64,000 bases of DNA, taken from positions 11,593 to 75,592 of the IMG/VR virus record IMGVR_UViG_3300046517_000866; one strand, given 5' to 3'. Origin of the DNA: a virus. This document shows, piece by piece, positions 37,396 to 46,820 of the stretch (positions within the stretch are counted from its first letter, which is position 1; every line of letters starts with the position of its first letter). The notes under the pieces were generated by a model. That model made no database searches and was not told the origin of the DNA. It saw nothing but the letters and a program-made list of their open reading frames with translations. The translations under genes were made by a program, and so were the position numbers.

Positions 37396-39618
37396 CTAAG
37401 TATCTTTTGGAGGTGGAGGAATTTTACCCATCACTATTCCGGCAAACCCATTGAGCTTATCCGCGTACGGATGGGTTGTTATTTTGGTAAAAGTAACTCC
37501 GTCTTCTGACCGCCATAGTTGAAACCCTTGTGTCACAAGAGCAGCTCGCAAGTCTGGCCCCCCTTCCGTACCACCACCCTCAGCGTCATTGTACTGTGTG
37601 TAGACCGCAAGCTGTCTCTTGTATAAAAAAGTCCCAATAGCTTGGGTGTTATCCTTGTCCTTAAAACCATTCACCTCGATTTGTGGCGGCTGTCCTGGTC
37701 TAAAATTCCCTTCCGGTCCAGGAATAGGGAGAAAATAAGCGTTGTAGTGGACAAATTGAGCGTGTGGTGGGTTCGGGTCTGTAAAGAAACTTTCGGCCAC
37801 AACCTCAGCGTTATGGCTAACAATACCCCCGCAGAAGTAACCTTCCGAATTATTAACGTCAAGAACGCCTTCTTGGTCTGAGGTAGTATCAACGTGGTAG
37901 TTATTAAATAATTCAGGCATTGTAGCAAAATGAACTGGAGGGTTGGAGATCAGGGTGAGATTTATCTCTTGCTCCAGCTTAGCAAGACTAATAGCAACTT
38001 TATCCCCAATACAAGCAGGCCAGCCTCCGTAGTAGGATGGATTGATAAAATTGTCAATGGCAGTAATATGGGCTATTTCACCACCTGTCGCTTGGTCTAT
38101 TATTATTTCGTCAGTACTAGTTTGTCCAAATTCTCCGAATTTATTAACACCATTGAATAATTTTGGATCGGATGCCTCAGCATAAAACATCACTGTATTA
38201 GCGTAACCAGCACACCCAGAAATTACAAACGTCTTACTCTTTTTCTTATAAACCATTTTGAAGACATTGACACTTGGATAAACAGGAATGTGAAACAATT
38301 CATCATCGAATGTGGCTTTCGTGATCCCTTGCAAAATTTCTGTGCCGTCATCCCAGTCTATCCCGTTTCTAGATGTGTACAACTTACAAATACCTTCGAA
38401 GGCATTAGCAGGTAAAATGTTAGGAAAACTAGAGGTATTTGGAGCATTTCCAAAAACACAGGCGTAGAAAACACCCTGAATGCAATTTATGAACAAAGGA
38501 GTCCACTGTGAAAAAACCCCATCCGTGTTGATCGTTTTTACAACTTGCCAAGAGTCACTCAAGTCTTTTGAGATATAAATCTTGAGGTGTGTGCGATCGG
38601 GAGAGCTGAGAGCTGCAAAAATGCCGTTCTTGATAATCAGTGGGTCATCGGTCAACTTAGCGTCCACGGGCATCCCATAGCATGCCCCCACACCTAGAGC
38701 AAAGATATCGGGAGTATCCCCATCGACAGACTTCCACGTCTTAAAAAGGTCTGTCGATTTGGAGTTACCCGTTGTCCACACACCCTTGCCGTAAACTCCA
38801 GGATTGTGGTACGGAGTAATTTCTCGCCACGTTAAGCCATCGTGTGAAACAGTAAGAAAATTCTTGCGAACAGGATTAAAAACATCAGTGTTCGTCTGGT
38901 AACTACCGTGAACCACAAAGTCATTGGCTGTCCACTGCACATCGATCGGATTTTGAAAAGGATCAAACTTCCAACCAGCCGTGTCATCATCCTTTGGTGG
39001 CGAAAAAAGCTTTTCATCATCACTGTCGTCTGGCGGCGCGTCTTCCTCTTTTGGAATGTCCGAACCATCGATCGGCTGCGTGATAGTATAAACGTACTCT
39101 TGCGCATAGGACTTATTGTCAGTAACTGAAAACTGATCAATAACTTCCATCTTGATCCAAGCATCGGCTCCTGTCGGCTCCTGTGTCGGATCAGGGGCAC
39201 CACCATCTGTTTTTTCAACGGCATCAGGTGGCGACGCCCAATAACGAATATGTGTCTTTTTGTGTGGACCACCCGTTCCGCCCTTGTCGTCCAAAAGGGC
39301 TTGTTCGTCATCATTGTTCAAAATGAACTTGTACTCTTGCGCATAAGACTTCGCGTCAGAAACGCCAAACTTCAAAATACGCTCAACCTTCAGATGCCCG
39401 TCGCCATTCTTGGACTGAACATCCGCTACACGAACCTTGCGTGAAGTATTGTTGTTCGTGTTTTCAAATATGAAACGATGCTCTTGCGCGTATGATTTTG
39501 CATCTCCCAACTCAATACGTTTGACGCAAGGCACAAGCACATACTGGGAGTCATCGTCTGGGTTCCTAACCTTCTTAACGATATACTGCCGGTATTTAGT
39601 GTCGATCGAGGTGGTCAT
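37396..39618 (-). CDS. Large virion-associated protein with Asp-box (BNR)-like motifs
   Basis: SHDGLTW, SKDLSDSW, SRNGIDW and SEDGVTF; three N-terminal D[AN]KSYAQE repeats. Confidence 0.55.
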   Translation of the reverse strand: MTTSIDTKYRQYIVKKVRNPDDDSQYVLVPCVKRIELGDAKSYAQEHRFIFENTNNNTSRKVRVADVQSKNGDGHLKVERILKFGVSDAKSYAQEYKFILNNDDEQALLDDKGGTGGPHKKTHIRYWASPPDAVEKTDGGAPDPTQEPTGADAWIKMEVIDQFSVTDNKSYAQEYVYTITQPIDGSDIPKEEDAPPDDSDDEKLFSPPKDDDTAGWKFDPFQNPIDVQWTANDFVVHGSYQTNTDVFNPVRKNFLTVSHDGLTWREITPYHNPGVYGKGVWTTGNSKSTDLFKTWKSVDGDTPDIFALGVGACYGMPVDAKLTDDPLIIKNGIFAALSSPDRTHLKIYISKDLSDSWQVVKTINTDGVFSQWTPLFINCIQGVFYACVFGNAPNTSSFPNILPANAFEGICKLYTSRNGIDWDDGTEILQGITKATFDDELFHIPVYPSVNVFKMVYKKKSKTFVISGCAGYANTVMFYAEASDPKLFNGVNKFGEFGQTSTDEIIIDQATGGEIAHITAIDNFINPSYYGGWPACIGDKVAISLAKLEQEINLTLISNPPVHFATMPELFNNYHVDTTSDQEGVLDVNNSEGYFCGGIVSHNAEVVAESFFTDPNPPHAQFVHYNAYFLPIPGPEGNFRPGQPPQIEVNGFKDKDNTQAIGTFLYKRQLAVYTQYNDAEGGGTEGGPDLRAALVTQGFQLWRSEDGVTFTKITTHPYADKLNGFAGIVMGKIPPPPKDT

Positions 39619-39624
39619 TGGGAC

Positions 39625-39972
39625 TTACTTGCGCACCTGCAACGTAAACATGATCTGTTGTTCGCCGGGTGTCAGAGGCTCCACAGTCACAACCCGCAAA
39701 GGCGTCATTGCCGGATACTCATCATGCCCGTCAACGTACAATAGTTTGTCACGTTCCGGGTCAGGCGTTATGCCAGGAATGTACGCCGACGGTAACAAAA
39801 CCTTGCGATCATTCCACTGGATAAGGTCCCGTTCCATTCTTGACGAATTGAACATGGTCGTGATGACCTTGCACGGAAAGTCCTCGTACCCATCACGGCG
39901 CAGTATGGCTTTGGCACCCTTCTTTTCCGCCATCTTGTGGGCCAGCGCCACCTGCCGATCATAGACACCCAT
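39625..39972 (-). CDS. Head closure protein
   Basis: Position after the adaptor; size; LQVRK C-terminus. Confidence 0.6.
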   Translation of the reverse strand: MGVYDRQVALAHKMAEKKGAKAILRRDGYEDFPCKVITTMFNSSRMERDLIQWNDRKVLLPSAYIPGITPDPERDKLLYVDGHDEYPAMTPLRVVTVEPLTPGEQQIMFTLQVRK

Positions 39973-39976
39973 GGGT

Positions 39977-40495
39977 TTAGTACCTCACGAGCTGCCGAAT
40001 GTTACTGCCACCGATCAGGCTGGACAATAACTGCTCAATCACAGTAATGCGCGGAATAGGATCAAGAGGTCCTTTGTCCGAGTATCTTGTCATGATCGGA
40101 CCGACGCGTTCCTCGATTATCTTTTCCTGTGCCGGAACGAAATCAGGCGTCAAAGAAAAGGGGTCCGTGAGTTCACGAAAGACGGCCTCATTGCAAGCCT
40201 CGACAAGTTCCTTGGGCAACGTTGTACTGTCAACCAAATACCCCTCGTTGTCATAGACATTGACGCGTGGCCAGTCCAAGGCTTGGGCACGTCCATTCAG
40301 GCGACGACCCCGCCAAAGTAACTTATACTTTGAGTCCAAGTAGATCGTACCTCGCCGCAAGGCGCCTTCGATTTGTTCATCGGTAAACTCTGTAACGTCA
40401 CGACCAAATGCAGCAGAAGCTGTCTGAAAGCCGAGTACGGATTGATAGCTCTCGGCATCTGCAAGGCCCGTTCCGTCCTCGACAACGATGGTCAT
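39977..40495 (-). CDS. Head-tail adaptor (DnaT-like ssDNA-binding family)
   Basis: MTIVVEDGTGLADAESY, QALDWPR and E.VGPI...Y motifs. Confidence 0.8.
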   Translation of the reverse strand: MTIVVEDGTGLADAESYQSVLGFQTASAAFGRDVTEFTDEQIEGALRRGTIYLDSKYKLLWRGRRLNGRAQALDWPRVNVYDNEGYLVDSTTLPKELVEACNEAVFRELTDPFSLTPDFVPAQEKIIEERVGPIMTRYSDKGPLDPIPRITVIEQLLSSLIGGSNIRQLVRY

Positions 40496-41247
40496 TTCTG
40501 TTTCTCCGCTGCGTACGCCTCAATGATTGCCAAAGCATCGTTGCGGCTGGCGGGCTTCTCGCCTGAAATGCGACCTGCAAGATTTTGCAAACTCTTCCAA
40601 GGCAGCGCCAGATAATCCCGAGGGATCACGATCGGACGCTTCAATGCGCCGGACGTTTTCGGCACAGGCTTGTTGCTTGGAACTGCTGGTTCTGCGGGAG
40701 GTGTCTCTTGATCAGGTGTTGGCTTGTCAGGATCAAGCAAACCAGGTGTTAAAACGGCACCAAGCTTTGTCGCTGCGTCACCAATCTGTTCCGGCATAGT
40801 CAACTTGCGGACCCGTTCCTTGATGACTTCAAGCGAAGGGCGATCCTGCACTTTTGCCTGCTCCGGATGCCCGTCATCTTGTGTGACGCCAGGACCAACT
40901 TCCCGCGTCGTGTTCTTTGGAGTAACTGAGAATGTGCCGGACTGCGGACCAATGAAAAACTCAAGTGGCGCTCCGGCCTCTTTTGCCATCCGTGTCGCCT
41001 TGACGACATTTGTACGCGCCAGTTCAACGATGGCTTCGCGGTCAAACGTGTCAGGCATGAAGGGGTTGGTTTCGTGTGGAACGACGCCAGCAACTGGGTG
41101 GTCTTCCGGCAGGTCACCGTTTGCGATCATAGACGCAATGGGCGCGTCATGACCCTTGCCGATTGCAACTGCATACCTGCGCCGGATCATCATGATATCT
41201 TCCGATGCGGATGATACCTGGCGCGTAGCTCGCTTGATAATCGTCAT
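40492..41247 (-). CDS. Hypothetical capsid-associated protein
   Basis: Directly after the major capsid gene; short helical C-terminal module. Confidence 0.45.
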   Translation of the reverse strand: MTIIKRATRQVSSASEDIMMIRRRYAVAIGKGHDAPIASMIANGDLPEDHPVAGVVPHETNPFMPDTFDREAIVELARTNVVKATRMAKEAGAPLEFFIGPQSGTFSVTPKNTTREVGPGVTQDDGHPEQAKVQDRPSLEVIKERVRKLTMPEQIGDAATKLGAVLTPGLLDPDKPTPDQETPPAEPAVPSNKPVPKTSGALKRPIVIPRDYLALPWKSLQNLAGRISGEKPASRNDALAIIEAYAAEKQK

Positions 41248-41322
41248 AGTATTTTCTCCCTATGTACTCAAAAATGACAGGGAGCTTTTCAGTTCCCTGT
41301 CATTTCATTTGTGACTTTGCAC

Positions 41323-42309
41323 TTACTGGATTTTGTGGATGAACCGGACCAGCCGGACGTTCTTGGAATTGTAGACGGCCGTCCAGTTTCCGTCATCGGC
41401 CAACTCGGCATCGGAAGGCGTCTGACTCGCAGGAACACCGTTTTGCGGAGTCCAGCGGATACCACGCGGGTGGAGGACGAAATGACGCCGATACACAAGA
41501 TACTCCTGACCGCCGTTGATCAGGGGGTTTCTGTGTGTCTCGGACGGCACCTTGGGATTGCCTTCGCCCCAACCGATAGCGCCGGGTCCGAACAGGTAGG
41601 TCGTGTAGACGCCTGCCGTTGTCGGAGCCATCGCGTCATCAACGATGACACGCTTGCCCATGAAGGTCTTCATAACCAACTGCCCTTCGCTGTCGCGAAT
41701 GAAGTCGATCAAGTCGTTCTTGGCAAGCGAGGACTCAACCGCGGAATGCATTGCAACACCGGCAATGTTTTCCTTGGCATCGCCAAGGGACTGGGCCGCA
41801 TCGATAAACGAGTGACCATCGATGTACTGAGCACCTGCGGACAAGCCGGAGATGTCATGTGTGTTTGTCGCCGGTGACGGACCGTGCGACGCTGTTGCAA
41901 GAGCACCTTGCAGAGTCGACAGGAGCATATGATTGAACTCAGTGCTCCAGTTCTTGGCGATGCCATCGCCGATCGCCATCATCGGGTCATCCCCGGCAAG
42001 GGCTGCGGCGAGGTCCGTCGAGCCGTACACGAGTGCACGCGCATGCTGAACGGCAGTGTCCTGACCCGACTGAATTTTCTTCATGACGAGGTCTTCGGTG
42101 TCGTTCAGGAGTTGGGCACGTTCACCGAGCTCCTTCCAGTACGGCATTTCGATTTGCAGACCACCGCGTGTGCCGAAGTTGAGGTCGGCGACAGGTGCGA
42201 TGATGCCGGACTGGAAAAACGCATTCAGGAGGATCGACTGCTCCCGAACGTACGGGTTGAAGATTTCCGGAACGATAACGTCCGAAACTTTCGTGGGGGT
42301 ATTGGGCAT
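41323..42309 (-). CDS. Major capsid protein
   Basis: TKVSDVIVPEIFNPY, MP.W..L, DL...LAGDDPM..I, MHS, GKRVIVDD and HP.GIRW; follows the scaffold. Confidence 0.9.
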   Translation of the reverse strand: MPNTPTKVSDVIVPEIFNPYVREQSILLNAFFQSGIIAPVADLNFGTRGGLQIEMPYWKELGERAQLLNDTEDLVMKKIQSGQDTAVQHARALVYGSTDLAAALAGDDPMMAIGDGIAKNWSTEFNHMLLSTLQGALATASHGPSPATNTHDISGLSAGAQYIDGHSFIDAAQSLGDAKENIAGVAMHSAVESSLAKNDLIDFIRDSEGQLVMKTFMGKRVIVDDAMAPTTAGVYTTYLFGPGAIGWGEGNPKVPSETHRNPLINGGQEYLVYRRHFVLHPRGIRWTPQNGVPASQTPSDAELADDGNWTAVYNSKNVRLVRFIHKIQ

Positions 42310-42421
42310 TGCTTGTTGTCCTTTTCAAGATTTCAGGGAGAAGTCAAAGGACAATCGCAGCCTTCGGCTTTGGAATGTCCACAATCGAAACTAAACTGCA
42401 GCTTCGCTGCGGGCAGATTTA

Positions 42422-43267
42422 TCAAGCCGCGACAGGGATAGTCTTGCCAGCGGCCTTCGCCAATTTCTCGGCTTTGGCACGATCAGTCATCAGTAACTGA
42501 CCTTGCTGTGTGAGGTTCCAGGTGTCTTTGGACCACGGGTTCGGCTCGTTGGATTTGTTTCCGGTTCCCTGCTTGCCTGTGCCAGTTCCAGCATCGGCAC
42601 CTTTTGCCGGGACAACGAAAACTTTTCCTTCGTCCGAAGAAATCCAATCAGACACGAACTTCTGAACGTCAACTGAACCCATGTCGGTCTCGACAATGGC
42701 CGAATAATCGCCGTCGCCGTCTTCCGTCACCTTGACGTTCTCGCGCAACATGGCTTTTGCAGCCTTCAACAACTTCGGATCGACACCCCCATCCATGAGA
42801 GCCTTTGTCAATCCGTCATCGATCAGCAACTTGGCGATGAAGGTTTCCTTGCTTGCCAACTTCGCCTCGAGTGCCTTCACAGCATTCGTATGCTTCGCCT
42901 CGATTGCAGTGATCTTCTGCTCCAGCATCTTGCGCGCGGCAACGGCTTCCGCGTTCTTCGTCTTGTCTTCAGGTGTCGTGCCGCCGCCCTTGTCGAGCTC
43001 GGCCTTGAGCTCTTTCAACTGCACGTACTCTTCGGCATTGAAGTCTTCCGGCACTGACGAATACTTTTCCTTCAGTGCCTTGACTTCATCTAGCACACGC
43101 CGCCGATCCTGCTTTGTCTTTTCGTGCGCCGTCTTCAAATTGATGACCTTGGGGTGACTATCGATATCGTCCAACTGAAGGACAAACTTGCCACCATCCT
43201 CATCGTAAAACTCACGCTGGGCCTCCGGGATATCATCCAAAGAGTCCAGTACTGCTTTCAAAGGCAT
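42422..43267 (-). CDS. Capsid scaffolding protein
   Basis: LK..LDSLDDIPE..REFY....GKFVL, coiled coil, C-terminal NPWSK.TWNLTQQG..A..LAKAAG. Confidence 0.8.
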   Translation of the reverse strand: MPLKAVLDSLDDIPEAQREFYDEDGGKFVLQLDDIDSHPKVINLKTAHEKTKQDRRRVLDEVKALKEKYSSVPEDFNAEEYVQLKELKAELDKGGGTTPEDKTKNAEAVAARKMLEQKITAIEAKHTNAVKALEAKLASKETFIAKLLIDDGLTKALMDGGVDPKLLKAAKAMLRENVKVTEDGDGDYSAIVETDMGSVDVQKFVSDWISSDEGKVFVVPAKGADAGTGTGKQGTGNKSNEPNPWSKDTWNLTQQGQLLMTDRAKAEKLAKAAGKTIPVAA

Positions 43268-43280
43268 CGCCTTGCTCCTG

Positions 43281-43850
43281 TTACGCCGACCTGTGTTTCA
43301 GCCACTCGGCTGTCGGCGCTCCGAGTTTCTCTTTTGTCCACCCACTCATTGATCGTGTGTATGGACTAAACCTATGTAAATTGACTTCCCACGCTCCGAC
43401 AAATAAAGAGCGATCAGTCCATGCTGTGTGGCGCAAGAAGTGCTTACCTGAAATCGTCATAGGCACGCCACATAGTATGATCCGCTCGAACCCTTCTAAG
43501 ACTGCAACGGCTACCGCAAACAACCCCGAGGACCCCGCGCAATCTTCAACTAGCATCGTGAAGTACTTGGCAAACTGCTGTTCAATAGGCTTCAACATTG
43601 GACCAACTACTTCAAAATCACTTGACTCAACCCACAATCGGCGTTGTGCTAACCAATCACAAATCTTCTCCGGGTGCAAGGTTATTGCGTAGTCAAGACG
43701 TTCAGTCCAAGTACCAATCATATCGTTGACTACAAAATAAGCGTCGGGCTCCACGAGCGACCGCGCCGACATGTAATCATCGATGACGCACTCAGCGCCA
43801 CCGATGACAAATGCAACTGGCATCAGGGATAAGGATGGCTCGGCGCCCAC
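43281..43850 (-). CDS. Putative glycosyltransferase-like protein (Maf/DUF115/GT29-like), paralog 3
   Basis: FVIGGA, VVNDM, ITLHP, GSSGLFAV, ILCGVPM and RSMSGWT. Confidence 0.5.
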   Translation of the reverse strand: MGAEPSLSLMPVAFVIGGAECVIDDYMSARSLVEPDAYFVVNDMIGTWTERLDYAITLHPEKICDWLAQRRLWVESSDFEVVGPMLKPIEQQFAKYFTMLVEDCAGSSGLFAVAVAVLEGFERIILCGVPMTISGKHFLRHTAWTDRSLFVGAWEVNLHRFSPYTRSMSGWTKEKLGAPTAEWLKHRSA

Positions 43851-44140
43851 CCATTACAGTGTGCACTTTCATGTCGCCAGTAGAAAGCCGATTGTCCAAC
43901 TGGCATATAGAAAATGCAGTAACTACGCATAGTGAAAGTGCAGGCGTACGCCATGCCCCTGCAATGGTACATGACGCTTGCCGGACTCACCTCATAAAGG
44001 ATCATCCGCTTTGTGGGTTGATGATCGAAGCGCGGAGGTATTGGAAACCTGTTATACTCCGCCCAACTACAAGTTGACATAAGCAGCAGTACAGTAATCA
44101 CAGTCCACAGAAGCAATAGTGCAGCGATCAGGGTTTTCAT
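43823..44140 (-). CDS. Exported small protein with HExxH motif
   Basis: Signal-like N-terminus; RHESAHCNGW. Confidence 0.45.
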   Translation of the reverse strand: MKTLIAALLLLWTVITVLLLMSTCSWAEYNRFPIPPRFDHQPTKRMILYEVSPASVMYHCRGMAYACTFTMRSYCIFYMPVGQSAFYWRHESAHCNGWAPSHPYP

Positions 44141-44143
44141 GGT

Positions 44144-44599
44144 TCACGCTCCCGATGGCAAAAAGTAGCAACGAGGTTCGCCGTTGCCATTGTTCAAGAA
44201 CAGCACACCGTGACCCGTGGGATTTGGTGGCATGTAAATGATCTTGCCTTGTGGCACAAAGTAACTACGTTGCTGTGGCACCTTCTGCCGACACGTCGTA
44301 CCCCTTGTGTCCTCATCCTCATTGTACCACTCCCAGCAAGGCGGGTCCTCGTCATTGTCCGTGATGTGTGCAATAACCCCACCTTCCGTGTGACCAGCTT
44401 CACCTGGACGCACACGATCATACTCATCTGCCAAAAAGCCATCTGCCAAAGCGCAACAAGAATGTACAGGAGCGGATTGTAGCCACTCCTGTACTTTAGG
44501 ATTGTCTGACCAACCACCAGCAAGAGTATTGTGTGTGCAATACGCTACTGCACCCGCGAGAACAACTACACAGAACAAGGCGCGAAGGTACTGCATCAC
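44144..44599 (-). CDS. Exported Cys-containing hypothetical protein
   Basis: Signal-like N-terminus; SCC..AD...NPTGH..L......CY pattern. Confidence 0.55.
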   Translation of the reverse strand: MMQYLRALFCVVVLAGAVAYCTHNTLAGGWSDNPKVQEWLQSAPVHSCCALADGFLADEYDRVRPGEAGHTEGGVIAHITDNDEDPPCWEWYNEDEDTRGTTCRQKVPQQRSYFVPQGKIIYMPPNPTGHGVLFLNNGNGEPRCYFLPSGA

Positions 44600-44610
44600 A
44601 AAGAACTCCT

Positions 44611-44838
44611 TTAAGACTTTGCTGGTGCGGGAGCGGGAGCGGCAGGTGCCGGAGCAGGAGCTGCCTTTTCAAAAGCAGCAACGGCCTTTTTCGTAGCCCG
44701 CAAAATCTTGTCGTCCGTCAAGAAGCCCTTGACTGAAGACTGTGCCCAAAACGGGATACTAGAGGACTCACTGATTTCCTCGAAAAGGTCCGCCTTGAGC
44801 GCATCAAAAACGGCATTGAGCTGTTGAGTAGTAGCCAT
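44611..44838 (-). CDS. Hypothetical protein with Pro-Ala tail
   Basis: GGAG RBS; APAPAP C-terminus. Confidence 0.5.
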   Translation of the reverse strand: MATTQQLNAVFDALKADLFEEISESSSIPFWAQSSVKGFLTDDKILRATKKAVAAFEKAAPAPAPAAPAPAPAKS

Positions 44839-45066
44839 GACTTTCTCTCCACTGTTTGAGTTACGGTAATCTGGACACAGGAACTACAGGGTCAGAAATC
44901 GGACCACCGTCCGATTGTTCCTGATCCCAACCTTGACCAGCAGGTGCGCCGTGCGGATAGTACTCCATCAACTGCTGGTAACCCTGTTTCATCATAGTCG
45001 TATGATCGCCCGCAGGTGCGGGAGCAGGCTTGTGGATTTGCTGTGAGTACCGCGACATATTGACTC

Positions 45067-45237
45067 CTACCCTCGAATAGGTGGCCCGTACACTTGCCAC
45101 CCAAGCAGAACAAACAAGATCAACTCGACAGCGCCGCTAGCTCGGGGTCCATATGTGCCACCGTACCCAAAAGATACGGCGACAAAAAATACGACCCAAA
45201 CCAGCATGATTACCCAGAAGATAAGTCCTCTTTGCAT
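45067..45237 (-). CDS. Small two-helix membrane protein
   Basis: MQRGLIFWVIMLVW...LFVLLGWQVYGPPIRG; GGAGG RBS. Confidence 0.55.
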   Translation of the reverse strand: MQRGLIFWVIMLVWVVFFVAVSFGYGGTYGPRASGAVELILFVLLGWQVYGPPIRG

Positions 45238-45253
45238 GTGAAATCCTCCGAAG

Positions 45254-45598
45254 TTAGGCCGAAGTGAAACGCCCGTCATGCGGGTCATGGTTCGGATTGC
45301 CCACCTTCCCACCACCATGCTGAGGTGCCCCGATCTTCGAATGATCACCCTTCGGTCCATGCCTTGCTGGACTGATAGGGTGGGTCGTATTTGGAACGTT
45401 CAAATTCCCCGACGCCCTTTTGTTAAACTCAGGATTTTTGTAAAAGGAGGACGTATTTTTTGTAGTTGATCCATGAGCCCGAGCGTAGTAACCCCCATGA
45501 TAGTTTGGATCACGTGTCGGAAAGCTGACGCCCCTTGTGTCCACCGGCCCCAATTGCTTCCCCGCACGTGACGCCGCCAACATCTTTGAGAACTTCAT
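45254..45598 (-). CDS. Basic low-complexity protein ending in NPNHD..GRFT motif
   Basis: Motif shared with the ART and MuF proteins. Confidence 0.5.
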   Translation of the reverse strand: MKFSKMLAASRAGKQLGPVDTRGVSFPTRDPNYHGGYYARAHGSTTKNTSSFYKNPEFNKRASGNLNVPNTTHPISPARHGPKGDHSKIGAPQHGGGKVGNPNHDPHDGRFTSA

Positions 45599-45945
45599 TT
45601 TCGATCTCCAGGTATGGCAACGCAGCGACATAGCGCTGAGCCGCTGGAAAGGTTTCAAGTAAGCGAAGTACGTCGTCCCGGCGAAGCACGCGGATCATGA
45701 CTCAGCACTTGCCGTGACGCATTGAGTCCATGGAGTCCCAAGTATCGTTGTCCCCATCGGTATCATAGGGGTCATTGGCTTGTGTCTGGAGTTTCGCCAG
45801 TCCGCGAGCCATCATGTTCTTGTGAGGGTTCGCCATCGGCGCAGCCTTCGGGTGCGTCGAGTTGATCATTCCCTTTGTGGGACGAACGGGTGCTTGCACG
45901 TTCTTTGTTGCAGACCACATGATGAACTCCTGTTTCTTAGGAAAT

Positions 45946-46022
45946 TGGTGCCAGTAGCAAGGGTTCGAACCTGCGACCTGACGCTTACAAGGCGCCTGCT
46001 CTACCAACTGAGCTATACCGGC
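45946..46022 (-). tRNA. tRNA-Thr(UGU)
   Basis: GCCGGTA/TACTGGC acceptor stem, TAGCTCAGTTGGTAGAGC D-arm, loop CT-TGT-AA, GGTTCGAA T-loop, encoded CCA; one extra T in the T-stem. Confidence 0.9.
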
Positions 46023-46121
46023 TCTCTTATAGTTAGAAAAACCCCGCAGGAAACCCCATTCCTGCGGGGGTAGGGCCTAAGAGTTGGGTGTGGGGGGTGT
46101 GATCTTAGGCCGGAGTTCCTT

Positions 46122-46466
46122 TTAAGCGGACTTGTCGACCGGCGCGCCGACTTCAAGATCGGTGATACGCTGTGCCGACCTCGGGTCGAGCGTGACGTTG
46201 CAGTCCACCGTGCCGACAACATCATTCTCGGTACCAGGAATGACCTCGGCGTCGGCTGTCACGGCAACACGTGCCGTTCCGGCAGTCACGCTGTTGATGA
46301 CACCCGACCACGTCTTGTTGTCATCGCTGGTCAAAGCAGAAACAGTAACCACCGTCTCGTCAGACGATGCGGCAGTCGGAGTGCCGGTAATAGCGACAAC
46401 ACGGCCTCGACCATCCTTGACCGAGAACGTAAACGGAACTGTCTGTTCTGTGGTGAAATCAACCAT
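46122..46466 (-). CDS. Ig-like virion decoration protein
   Basis: All-beta, Thr/Val-rich; SSDETVVTV and AGTA.V.VTAD. Confidence 0.55.
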   Translation of the reverse strand: MVDFTTEQTVPFTFSVKDGRGRVVAITGTPTAASSDETVVTVSALTSDDNKTWSGVINSVTAGTARVAVTADAEVIPGTENDVVGTVDCNVTLDPRSAQRITDLEVGAPVDKSA

Positions 46467-46625
46467 GGGGTATCTCCTTGTCCATTGCCGTGCCGGGAAT
46501 GATGATCACTTCATTGGCGGCCAGCACTTTACCCACCAACGTCAGATAGTCTTTAAGCAGACCAAACTCGCCTGCTGTCGCAAGCGTATTGACTGTCGTC
46601 AAGAAAATACGAATGAGACTCATTG

Positions 46626-46805
46626 TCACCGTCCCTTCGCGGCCAACTTGTTGAAGCGTTTGGCCCCGTACTTTTTGCGACCGATATAAGCGGCAAGTGC
46701 ACCGCTTATACCCTTCTTTCGAAGTGCTGCGAACCTTCCGCCAGTGCCCAGTTTTGCGTGAGGGTTCGGAGCAGGTTTATGAAGCTTCCTTGAGTAGCGT
46801 GCCAT
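46626..46805 (-). CDS. Small highly basic protein (59 aa, below ORF-track cutoff)
   Basis: MARYSRKLHK...GGRFAALRKKG..GALAAYIGRKKYG; AGAGG RBS. Confidence 0.55.
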   Translation of the reverse strand: MARYSRKLHKPAPNPHAKLGTGGRFAALRKKGISGALAAYIGRKKYGAKRFNKLAAKGR

Positions 46806-46820
46806 TTTTGCCTTTCCTCT

